A DNA stretch of 64,000 nt from Salinivirgaceae bacterium (GTDB lineage: Bacteria > Bacteroidota > Bacteroidia > Bacteroidales > SZUA-534). Below, in pieces: positions 29,452 to 38,912 of the stretch. The notes beneath the pieces are model-generated. The model was not told the origin of the DNA, ran no database searches, and saw only the letters and a program-made list of their open reading frames with translations. How positions within the stretch are numbered: the stretch's first letter is position 1; every line of letters starts with the position of its first letter. The DNA lies in NCBI GenBank assembly GCA_027858735.1, contig JAQICC010000262.1, positions 1,879 through 65,878 of the forward strand, written 5' to 3'. Position numbers and translations under genes: made by a program.

Positions 29452-31575
29452 ATGAAAGCTTTACTCTCAATTATTATTTCAGTATTTTTTGTTTTAGTAT
29501 TAATAAGCACATCATTGGCTCAACAATCTCCAGTTAAGCGTTCAAACAATAAAGTTGAACTTAATGGTAAAGCCTATTACATTCACATAGTACGCAAGGG
29601 TGAAACGCTTTATGGTATTAGTGAGGCATATAAAACAAGTGTGGATACCATTAAAAAAGATAACTTACATCTTTCGAACGATCTTAAGGTTAACCAATAC
29701 CTTAAAATTGGGTTCAAAAAGCAAGAAGAAAGTAATAAAAATCAATTTGTATATCATGAAGTGAAAAAGGGTGATACACCCTACAATGTTTCGGTACGTT
29801 ATGGTGTTACCATTAATGATTTATATAAAGTGAACCCTACAGCAAAAATGGGCATTGGTATTGGTGAGATTCTGAAAATACCTTTAAAGGCACATGAAAA
29901 TTTACAATTGAACGATACTATACCAGAAACTCAAAAAGAAATAAATAGTTATTTAGTACATACAGTGCAAAAAAGGGAAACCATTTATGGAATAGCTGCA
30001 AGTTTCAAAACAACACAAGAAGAAATTAAAAAATTAAACCCGCAATTAATAGATAAGCCCTTGCAGATTGGTGATGAGTTGAAAATTCCAGGGGGGCTAC
30101 TTGAAAAAGCGAATGCCGACTCCGAATTTTACTTTCATAAAGTAAAAAAACAAGAGACTATATATAAAATTACCCGCCAATATCAAATTAAAGAGAGGCA
30201 GTTATATAAGTTAAATTCTGGCTTAAAAGACCGTGCTATTATGATTGGTGAATTGGTGAAAATTCCAAAAAATACGATTTCGGATTCAATATTTTTACAA
30301 GATAAACCTACTGTTGATAGTATATATACAGAGCCGCAAAATGATCAGTTTGTGCTTTGGACAGATTCATTGATTTTACCACCCTGCCCTATAGTTGGAG
30401 TCGATACCATAACTAAATATAAAGTAGCATTTTTTCTACCTTTTTATTTAAACATAAACGATACACTTGGAAAGTATGTAGATATAGTTGTTCGAGATGA
30501 AGATGGACATGAACATATTGAAACTGTTCAACGAACAGGAAATGTAGAAGATAAAATATATCCTAGATCGAAACTTTTCATCAACTTTTATCAAGGAGCA
30601 TTGCTCGCGCTTAAAAATTTAAAAGACATGGGTGTTTCTATTGATATTCATGTATTTGACACGCAGAATGATAGTTTGCATCTTTCACAAATATTAAAAG
30701 CCAGCAAATTTGAAAACTTTGATTTATTTATAGGGCCTGTATTTGGTGATATGTTAAAAATTGTGGGCGATTATGCCTGGGAACATCACATAAATATAGT
30801 TTCGCCACTTTCAAACGATAATGAATTTATAGACCATAATCCGTATGCATTTCAAGTAATTCCCCCACTTGAAGTGCAAATGCAACATGCTTCTGATTAT
30901 TTAAATAGTATTGACACTAAGAATTATATAGTAATTCATGATGGCAAAAATTTGGATCAAGAATATATTTCTCAATTCAAAAGACAATTATTTGCTCAAA
31001 TGAACAATGAAAACTTTGATCAGATAAAATATAACGAAGTATTGTATTACGATGCCCGTGATAGTGTTTTAAAGGAGGTTTTTACTAAAGGTATGGAAAA
31101 CATTGTAATAGTACCTTCAAGTAATCAGGCATTTGTTACCGATATACTGGGCAAATTAAATGGTTATTCATACGAATACAATATTAAAATATTTGGACAA
31201 CCATTATGGTCGCGTTTTGAAAATATAGAACTCGATAATTTTCATAATACAAATACGCATATTTTTTCGAATTCATTTATCGATTATAGTCAAGCTAATG
31301 TTTCAAGCTTTGTACAATCATATCGCTATCACTTTAAAGGTGAACCTAATAAATATGCATTTCAGGGATATGATATTACAAAATACTTTTGCCTGGCGTT
31401 AAATAAATATGGTCGCGATTTTAGGAAATGTATTCATATGCATGATCCTGAATTATTGCAAACAAGTTATCGTTTTGTTCCATTTTCCGATCAAGGGGGA
31501 TATCAGAACACTTCAATTTTTATTTTAGAATATTCAAAAAGTAATAGGCTAAATAAAGTTGCCCAATTTCCTTAG
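29452..31575 (+). CDS. LysM-repeat protein fused to a periplasmic-binding-protein (type 1)-like domain
   Basis: Signal peptide, then four LysM-like units (YHIVRKGETLYGISEAY, YHEVKKGDTPYNVSVRY, VHTVQKRETIYGIAASF, FHKVKKQETIYKITRQY), followed by a ~400-aa PBP-like C-terminal region. Confidence 0.8.
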   Translation: MKALLSIIISVFFVLVLISTSLAQQSPVKRSNNKVELNGKAYYIHIVRKGETLYGISEAYKTSVDTIKKDNLHLSNDLKVNQYLKIGFKKQEESNKNQFVYHEVKKGDTPYNVSVRYGVTINDLYKVNPTAKMGIGIGEILKIPLKAHENLQLNDTIPETQKEINSYLVHTVQKRETIYGIAASFKTTQEEIKKLNPQLIDKPLQIGDELKIPGGLLEKANADSEFYFHKVKKQETIYKITRQYQIKERQLYKLNSGLKDRAIMIGELVKIPKNTISDSIFLQDKPTVDSIYTEPQNDQFVLWTDSLILPPCPIVGVDTITKYKVAFFLPFYLNINDTLGKYVDIVVRDEDGHEHIETVQRTGNVEDKIYPRSKLFINFYQGALLALKNLKDMGVSIDIHVFDTQNDSLHLSQILKASKFENFDLFIGPVFGDMLKIVGDYAWEHHINIVSPLSNDNEFIDHNPYAFQVIPPLEVQMQHASDYLNSIDTKNYIVIHDGKNLDQEYISQFKRQLFAQMNNENFDQIKYNEVLYYDARDSVLKEVFTKGMENIVIVPSSNQAFVTDILGKLNGYSYEYNIKIFGQPLWSRFENIELDNFHNTNTHIFSNSFIDYSQANVSSFVQSYRYHFKGEPNKYAFQGYDITKYFCLALNKYGRDFRKCIHMHDPELLQTSYRFVPFSDQGGYQNTSIFILEYSKSNRLNKVAQFP

Positions 31576-32028
31576 CGAAATAACAACTATAAAAAAGCAG
31601 AGCAGTCAAGTTAATATTCGCCTTTAATACCTGTTGTACAAATAGCTTCTGCATAAACATCACAAAATAAGCGATTTAAGAAATTTTGAAAATAGAAATA
31701 CAATGTGATATGTTCTATTTACACTAAAAACTCAAACCTATTAAAGCATCATAATACATTGATTAAATGCGTTTTGCATTAAAATTACCTGCCTGAGAAT
31801 TGAATATTTTTTACAACGTGTACTATAATGAGAAAATATAAAGGAAATTAAGTGGTTCAAGACAAAATCAAATGTTTCATATATGGGATAGTAATGAAAC
31901 TATTAATGAACAAATAACTTAAAAGCTGAATGGTGAAGATTTTAGAGGCAATTTATCAAACCCAGACAGGATTACATATGTAATCTAAGCAAATATACAA
32001 ATGTAACGCACCGAAATGACCATAAAAT

Positions 32029-33063
32029 TTACTTTTGTAACTTTGCAATTTCCTTATTTATATTTCTTGCTATTGCTGGTCCTTCGTAAATAAAACCTGT
32101 ATATACTTGCACTAATGTTGCTCCAGCATTTATTTTATCTAAGGCATCCTGAGCTGTAAATATGCCTCCAACGCCTATAATTGGGAGTTTCCCAGAGGTT
32201 TTTTCAGAAATATATTTTATAATATCTGTTGATCTATCCTTAATTGGTTTTCCACTAAGTCCGCCATTTCCAATACCTTCCACTATTGATGATTCAGTAG
32301 TTAAATCATCTCGAGATGTTGTTGTATTTGTGGCAATTACTCCATCAATGTTACAACGTTTTATAACATCGAGTGTTTCATTAATTTGGTGAACATTCAA
32401 ATCAGGAGAAATTTTAAGCAGGATCGGTTTATACGGTGAAAATTCAGTGCGTTTGTCATTAAGTGTTTTCAAAATAAGCTCCAGCGATTCTTGGTCTTGG
32501 AGTTTATGTAGGTCAGTAACGTTAGGACAACTAACGTTCACTACAATATAGTCAACCACATTATATAAGCCCGTAAAACAGGCAAGGTAATCACTTAGTG
32601 CATCTTCATTTTTGGTTAGGGTGTTTTTGCCAATATTACCTCCAATAATTAGGTTTTTATTTCGTTTTCGAAGTTTAATAATAGCACTTTCAAGCCCCTT
32701 ATTATTAAAACCCATACGATTTATTAAAGCGTCATCGTTTATTAAGCGAAAAGAGCGTGGTTTTGCGTTGCCAGACTGAGGCTTTGGTGTAACCGTTCCA
32801 ATTTCTATGTGCCCAAATCCAAGTGAACCTAACATACTGTATACTTCAGCATTTTTATCAAGCCCGGCAGCTACTCCAACCTTATTTGGAAATTTAAGTC
32901 CAAACACTTCTGTTTTCATATGTAAACTACTAGGGTGAAATGCCCATTTAAATACTGGCTTAAGGCCAAAGGTTTGTCCACATTTTAAAGCCCTAAATAC
33001 TACCTTATGGGCTGTTTCGGGCAACATTTTGAATAGAATGGGGCGGATAAAGAGTTTATACAT
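32029..33063 (-). CDS. pyrD: Dihydroorotate dehydrogenase (quinone), class 2
   Basis: MYKLFIRPILFKMLPETAH, GFGHIEIGTVTP, NVSCPN, GVIATNTT, GGLSG and IGVGGI motifs. I prefer the ATG at 33063 over the TTG at 33087 used by the track. Confidence 0.93.
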   Translation of the reverse strand: MYKLFIRPILFKMLPETAHKVVFRALKCGQTFGLKPVFKWAFHPSSLHMKTEVFGLKFPNKVGVAAGLDKNAEVYSMLGSLGFGHIEIGTVTPKPQSGNAKPRSFRLINDDALINRMGFNNKGLESAIIKLRKRNKNLIIGGNIGKNTLTKNEDALSDYLACFTGLYNVVDYIVVNVSCPNVTDLHKLQDQESLELILKTLNDKRTEFSPYKPILLKISPDLNVHQINETLDVIKRCNIDGVIATNTTTSRDDLTTESSIVEGIGNGGLSGKPIKDRSTDIIKYISEKTSGKLPIIGVGGIFTAQDALDKINAGATLVQVYTGFIYEGPAIARNINKEIAKLQK

Positions 33064-34529
33064 TGTTTTTGCTGCAAATATATGCAAAATGTCGAATTTA
33101 TTTCATTTGAATAAAGTATTAATATGAAGTTTTTATGTATTCATGTAATTCTAGGGCACTATATTCATTTCCGAAAGAATTTAATGATTGATTATCGCTA
33201 CGATTACATATGTAAACTGTAGATTGATATGATTTATTGTTAATGCAATGGGTAGTTGGTCTTCCCATAAAACGACCTAAGGCAATTAATTAAATGTTTA
33301 ACTTTAAGGAGATAAAAAACGATAATAACCACAGCATGCTTGCTTGCTTGCCTGGAATAAAAACCACAACCCATCCAGATTATTTAGTGATGGGTTTTAG
33401 ATGATTATTACTAGGCATATTAAACTCAGTCAAGTCATTAGTTTTTTTTTGTTCAAAAGCATAGCCTGAATAATTCATAAAATTTGACAAAAAGCACATA
33501 TCTTTTTCATTATCTACACCTTATAATTTTCAAGTGTTAAAAATAGTTTGTCAATTTTACTAAAGTGCATTTATTTCAGCACATCTACTTCCTTGCAATC
33601 CCTTTGAAGTCGGGAACTACATCGACAGGTATTGCAAGTTGTATCTGCACTAAACTAAACGCATGAATTAATCAGCATAGAGATAAAATATATTATCCGT
33701 TTTTTAAAACAACCCAATAGCAATCTTATAAATATGGGTTAACTCTTACTTAATTCAATTGATCGGAATCATTATTCTTGCCGCAGCATAAATCGGGTTT
33801 ATAAGCTAACAGGCTTTCCGTTTTATAACTTCACTATAAAACATTGAATAAAGACGAATAACCTCAGTGTGATATAAAATTAGGGCAACTTAAATCTGCC
33901 TCTAAACTGTTTTGAAAGGTGTATAAGACAAGAACGTACTTTCCGCCACAACTAGTAAAGCGTTCTTGAATTAGTATTGCATTTGTTTAAGATTTTTTCT
34001 TTAGGAAAGGCAAAATTTGCAAGCATAGCCGTAGTTACGGTTAATAATTTCAACGTAGCATAAATGAGTAATAAATGGTAAACTTTTCGATTAAATGTGG
34101 TAAGGTTGCTAATTAATATATACCGTTAATTTATGAGCGCTTTACTAGATTAAATATATAGCTAGAGCAGTTAATCATAATTCTACAAGTAGCTTAAAAC
34201 AGTCTATATAAGCTTTCATAGCTTATCTCCATGGGGCTGAGCATAAAAACACCAGTTTTTCCTGACCTAAAAGATGCAAACAATAGATTTTTAGTGATGC
34301 GTAATGAGCTAAAACGCTTGATACTGAAATTAAGTCAATAACAAACATTATTAAGCATTGTGTATCTCGCTATATATTAGCAGTGTGAAAATACAGCGAA
34401 CAAGTAATAAAAGTACAAGGCAAGTGTTAAAATATGCGATAATTATTAGTTCATTGGATAGTAACAAGCTTAATTCAGCCTAGCCTAATTGTTTATCCTA
34501 TAAAGTACGACTTCTACGTTATGTTCGTC

Positions 34530-34576
34530 AAAAAAACAATCACCCCGTTGTTTCAATCGGGATGATTGGTTTTTTT
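34530..34576. terminator. Bidirectional intrinsic terminator (A7-stem-loop-T7)
   Basis: Stem CAATCACCCCG (34537-34547) / CGGGATGATTG (34558-34568), 10 of 11 pairs, with a 10-nt loop. It is flanked by A7 (34530-34536) and T7 (34570-76). It lies ~185 nt downstream of the XRE gene stop on the minus strand and closes the ORF-free tract on the plus strand. Confidence 0.8.
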
Positions 34577-34759
34577 CTGACTTTCACAAGCACTACCAGA
34601 TTGATTTAGTCAGACTGGCCTGAATTCGAACTTCATATTCAAACACCTGATTTTATTGACGGTATCTAGTTAGAAAAAGAAGGGAATAAATAAATATTTA
34701 CAAATGTAAATTTATAAAAAAGGTATCCTAAGCTAGAAGACTCTAAAAATACCTTTGGC

Positions 34760-35266
34760 TTATACCTCATCAGTATTGTTTGGTTTATATTCTGAAAAAG
34801 TTTTATCGCTATAAAAAATTACAATTTTCGAAACCTTTTTAGCTGGTAATTCATTATTTAAAGGAGGGGGATCTGTAAAGTTATCTTTATATTTTGGTGG
34901 ATCCTCCTCTTGTATTTCAGCAGCTTTAATTACATCCTTAAGCTCACCAGCAACATTATTTAGTTCATTATGCTTGTTTTGGGCAGTGTTTAAAGCGCTA
35001 TCTCCACTTGGCTCATTCTCGATAGCATCATAAATATTTGTTTGTATAGGAACTTTATATATGTCACCAACCCCTGTTATTAGCCATTCCGAATTGTATT
35101 TCGGATAGCTTATGAGTGTCTTTTGAAGAAAATCGAGACTTGGTTTATTTCTGCCCGATATTATATGTGATATACTAGAGCGTTGAACTCCAATAGAATC
35201 AGCAAATGCAGCGGATGTTAAGCCTTCAGAAGATATTATTCGAGCTAACCTATTTTTAATTTCCAT
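34760..35266 (-). CDS. XRE-family helix-turn-helix transcriptional regulator
   Basis: 168 aa. The N-terminal HTH reads LTSAAFADSIGVQRSSISHIISGRNKPSLDFLQK...NSEWLITGVGDIY. It has a low-complexity, P-rich middle and a C-terminal KIVIFYSDKTFSEY. Confidence 0.85.
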   Translation of the reverse strand: MEIKNRLARIISSEGLTSAAFADSIGVQRSSISHIISGRNKPSLDFLQKTLISYPKYNSEWLITGVGDIYKVPIQTNIYDAIENEPSGDSALNTAQNKHNELNNVAGELKDVIKAAEIQEEDPPKYKDNFTDPPPLNNELPAKKVSKIVIFYSDKTFSEYKPNNTDEV

Positions 35267-35280
35267 TAATTATCTATTTG

Positions 35281-35438
35281 TTACAAATGTAATAATAATA
35301 ATTTACATATGGAATCACAAATGTAATTTTCATTTCGACAGTCACGTGACATATGTAATTTCCTCAGCTACGATATGGTTCTATTTTTACTTCATGTCGA
35401 ACGTGTAATTAGCTAGATAACAGCTTTGTATGTGTAAT
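35281..35438. promoter_or_regulatory. Array of six same-orientation TnACAWATGTAAT repeats upstream of the XRE gene (candidate operators and/or promoters)
   Basis: The six units are TTACAAATGTAAT (35281), TTACATATGGAAT (35303), CACAAATGTAAT (35316), ACATATGTAAT (35349, abutting the palindrome GTCACGTGAC at 35341-35350), AACGTGTAAT (35400) and TATGTGTAAT (35429). On the minus strand, units 1 and 3 contain TACATTTG, which matches the Bacteroidota -7 consensus TAnnTTTG. The unit 1 box ends 17 nt before the ATG at 35266. Confidence 0.5.
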
Positions 35439-35929
35439 ATAATCGCATTTTTACGAAAAAAATCATAAAATTGCATAAAATACTTAGATTAAAGGTTTAA
35501 TTCAACTTCGTTAAGTGCTGACATTGTGACTTATAGCCTCTGTACATTATCCTGTTTACATATGCAAATGTAGAGCATTTTCAGCATTTCTGCTGGCTGT
35601 TTTGTGTCTAAATAATTGTTTGATTATGCTTTTATTCTAGAAATCTAAAATTATCTGATTTATTAGTTCTCCATATAAAAAACAGATTTTAGCCCCCACT
35701 CTTTATTATGATGAATTTTTAGTTGAACCCGAAAGTTTGTTATGGAAGACTTATTTTGGAAGAGATATTTGCCGGGTATGATATGCAAAATAAATTATAT
35801 TCAATTCTCAGGGGCTTAAAAATAGGTGTCACACGTCGTTAATTACCATACTAACAGCATATTATAGTGTTACTTTGGCTATATATGAGAGCTGAAAATT
35901 AAGAGGAAATAGAAAAAACATAGCTAAAA

Positions 35930-37087
35930 TTACAAATTTCTAAGCTTTTGTCCTGTTTTCAATACCAAGCATAATTCTTCGGCCGATTTTTGTAACCATA
36001 TAGCAGCCTTAGAAATTGAATTTTGCAAGGTCTCTGGTTTTCTGGAAATTGGCACTATTGCCGAAATTCCATTTTCGTATAAGATGGTTGTATTTTCTGT
36101 GGCATGTCCTGTAAAAACAAATACTGGTTTAGCATACGTTTGAGCTATCCTACCTATACCAACTGGTGTTTTTCCAGATGTAGTTTGTCCATCTACTTTT
36201 CCTTCAGCAGTAATTATAATATCGCAGCCTTTAATCTTTTCCAGTAAACCTATAAGATCAACAATTGTATCAAGCCCTGAACGAATTTCAGCATTTAAAA
36301 AGGCATGAAGTCCTGCTCCTAAGCCACCTGCAGCCCCGGCCCCTTGCATTTGCAAGACATCAATATTCATACATTCCTTAATCACCGAAGCTAGCCTAAA
36401 TAGATTTTTATCAAGTTTTTGAACCATTTGATTATCAGCTCCCTTTTGAGGCCCATATATTACTGAAGCACCCAATGAACCTGTCAAAGGTGAAACCACG
36501 TCAGTAGCAGCTATGATTTTAGTGTCTTTTAGTCTACTATCAATAGTTGAGATATCAATTGAGGTTAAGTTTGCTAAACTTCCGCCTCCCTCTCCAATAT
36601 CTTGCCCGTTATTATCCAGAAATTTTATACCCAAAGCCATTGCCATGCCTAATCCGCCATCGTTGGTCGCACTGCCACCTATACCAATAACCAACTTTTT
36701 ACACTTATAATTAAGTGCTTCCTTAATAAGTTGCCCGGTTCCATAAGTTGATGTTATCCATGGATTTCGTTCTTCCGTAGTAAGTTTTTCTATTCCACTC
36801 GCTGCAGTCATTTCAATTATGGCCGTATTTCCATTTTCAATTAAACCGAAAAAACCGTCTGTTTCTCTACCGATTGGATCTTGAACTTTAAGTTTAACAA
36901 TTTTTCCGCCTACAGCCGAAACTATACTTTCCACAGTGCCTTCACCTCCATCAGCCATTGGAATAACTTCAACATTAGCATTTTTAAAAACGTTACTAAT
37001 GCCTTTTTTTATATTCAAGCCAACCTCACTTGCACTCATGCAATCTTTAAATGAATCGGGCACAATTAAAAACGAAAGTTTGCACAT
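35930..37087 (-). CDS. Glycerate kinase
   Basis: 385 aa. IVPDSFKDCMSA, PMADGGEGT, GGSATNDGGLGM and YGPQKGA are glycerate kinase (GlxK/GarK family) signatures. Confidence 0.88.
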   Translation of the reverse strand: MCKLSFLIVPDSFKDCMSASEVGLNIKKGISNVFKNANVEVIPMADGGEGTVESIVSAVGGKIVKLKVQDPIGRETDGFFGLIENGNTAIIEMTAASGIEKLTTEERNPWITSTYGTGQLIKEALNYKCKKLVIGIGGSATNDGGLGMAMALGIKFLDNNGQDIGEGGGSLANLTSIDISTIDSRLKDTKIIAATDVVSPLTGSLGASVIYGPQKGADNQMVQKLDKNLFRLASVIKECMNIDVLQMQGAGAAGGLGAGLHAFLNAEIRSGLDTIVDLIGLLEKIKGCDIIITAEGKVDGQTTSGKTPVGIGRIAQTYAKPVFVFTGHATENTTILYENGISAIVPISRKPETLQNSISKAAIWLQKSAEELCLVLKTGQKLRNL

Positions 37088-37091
37088 ACTA

Positions 37092-38801
37092 TTACTTTTT
37101 TATTAGCCAAAGTGTTTGGTAAGGCTTTATCGATAAACCTTTTACGTTAATTGAAGCTTCTGTAATAATATCATATTTAAGATGTGAATATGTACCTGAA
37201 ATTTCCACTTGAATATTTTTTGAGGTAAGATTATTAATCGCCAATATAGATTCACCGTTAGATGCTTCGCGCACAAAGGCAAAAACAGAATTACTTAAAT
37301 CTAATATTGTTTGAAGAGAGGAAGGGTGAAAAGCTTGATAATTTTTACGTATGGTAATCAGCTTAAGTAGTGCTGTAAACACACGCATACGCGAAGTGTT
37401 TGATTTTAAATCTCTTTCTAAATCAGTCATCTGTATTTTTTCGCGATTTATAGTACGTGCCCTTCCTGTATTTTCAACACCCTTATAATAGTTAGCTGAA
37501 CCTAATAAGCTATGAATGTAAAAAGCAGGCAAACCTTTCATAGCAAGCATAACAGCCTGTGAAGATATAAATCTAAGCTCTTGTAATCCATCTTCGCCAT
37601 TATGGGTTCTTTTCATAGCATCAAAGTAGGTTATATTTAGCTCATAAGGACTTTCACTTCCTTTGGTATTACTTTTCATGCTTATTAATCCACCACTGGC
37701 TTTAATATCACTATACAGTTGTTTTTTTTCGCTATCTGGCAATAAGCCTTCAAGAGGGCGAACCCCAATGCCATCGTGTGATGAGGTAAAATTAAAAAAG
37801 GTGCATTGCTTAGGTAATTTTGGTAATGTGCTGGCCCATTGTGTTAAATATTGACCATTTCCACTATTTAAAGCATGCAAAAGTAATGGCGGCAAACTGA
37901 ATTGATAAACCATATGAGCCTCATCGTTATGTCCAAAATAGCTGAGATTTTCTTTATTGGGTACATTGGTCTCTGTTAATATAATAACCCCTGAACCCAC
38001 CCATCCTGCAAAGTCTCGCAAAAGTTTAACCACTTCGTGGGTTTGCTGTAAATGCAAACAAGTGGTTCCTACTTCTTTCCATAAAAATGCAATCGCATCT
38101 AAACGAATAATTTTGGCTCCATTTTTAATATAGGTGTGCAAAATTTTTAAAAATCGCAACAACACGGCTGGGTTGGCAAAATTCAAATCAATTTGATCAT
38201 CACTAAATGTTGTCCATATATGTTTTGGTCCGTTAATAGTATTATAAGTTGTAAGCAATGATGAACTTCTAGGACGAGTAACTTTTGATAAATCAGTTTC
38301 GAGTGATTCCTCAATAAAATAATCAACCCCTTCTCCCTTATTTTGTAAATAATTTTTAAACCAATTGCTTTTACTCGATACATGGTTAATTACCAAATCA
38401 GCCATTAGCTTGTTGTTATCTGATATGGACTTAATATCGTCCCAACTTCCTAAATCAGGATTTACTTTTTCAAAATCGATAACAGAAAATCCATCATCAC
38501 TGCTAAATGGGAAAAATGGTAAGATGTGAATTATGTTAATCAGGTTGTTTAGATGATTCTTTGCAAATTTATTTAGTGATTGAAGTGGAAGTGTATCTGA
38601 TTCAAGAATACTATCACCATAAGTTATAAGTGCAATGTCCCTTTCTTTCCATAACTCTTCATTAAAATTTGTTTCACTACGATTTTCTTTAATATAATTT
38701 ACAAAATTCTCAATTTGAGAGTCAGAAATGGTATCGTTATAAATATTACGAAGACGAGTGATTATTAATTCTTTCCAATTTTCAGATACCTTCATAACCA
38801 A
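37092..38801 (-). CDS. Sucrose-phosphorylase-family (GH13_18) glycoside phosphorylase, possibly a glucosylglycerate phosphorylase
   Basis: 569 aa. DLVINHVS, IIRLDAIAFLWKE, LTETNVP and SHDGIGVRP match the GH13 catalytic regions of the sucrose phosphorylase family. The substrate call rests only on gene context. Confidence 0.75.
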   Translation of the reverse strand: MVMKVSENWKELIITRLRNIYNDTISDSQIENFVNYIKENRSETNFNEELWKERDIALITYGDSILESDTLPLQSLNKFAKNHLNNLINIIHILPFFPFSSDDGFSVIDFEKVNPDLGSWDDIKSISDNNKLMADLVINHVSSKSNWFKNYLQNKGEGVDYFIEESLETDLSKVTRPRSSSLLTTYNTINGPKHIWTTFSDDQIDLNFANPAVLLRFLKILHTYIKNGAKIIRLDAIAFLWKEVGTTCLHLQQTHEVVKLLRDFAGWVGSGVIILTETNVPNKENLSYFGHNDEAHMVYQFSLPPLLLHALNSGNGQYLTQWASTLPKLPKQCTFFNFTSSHDGIGVRPLEGLLPDSEKKQLYSDIKASGGLISMKSNTKGSESPYELNITYFDAMKRTHNGEDGLQELRFISSQAVMLAMKGLPAFYIHSLLGSANYYKGVENTGRARTINREKIQMTDLERDLKSNTSRMRVFTALLKLITIRKNYQAFHPSSLQTILDLSNSVFAFVREASNGESILAINNLTSKNIQVEISGTYSHLKYDIITEASINVKGLSIKPYQTLWLIKK

Positions 38802-38912
38802 TGTGTTAATAAATTACACCACATTCGAAAACATATTTACTTGTAAAAGCATGGTGAAAATAAAAGACCCAATAATATAACTATCAGGTCCTTATTGATA
38901 TTTAAATAAATT

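Noticed and set aside
34027-34042. AGCCGTAGTTACGGTT hairpin, reminiscent of group II intron domain V.
   Set aside because: It has only a 6-bp stem with a tetraloop. There is no 2-nt bulge, no 14-bp helix, no flanking intron domains and no reverse transcriptase ORF.
34233-34240. GGGGCTGA, which resembles the 5' end of tmRNA.
   Set aside because: There is no following UUCGAC element, no tag-peptide reading frame (ANDENYALAA/GENNYALAA type) and no tRNA-like 3' end with a T-arm nearby.
33064-34759. A CRISPR array or tandem-repeat locus in the ORF-free tract.
   Set aside because: There are no regularly spaced direct repeats of 24-40 nt, and no cas genes anywhere in the window.
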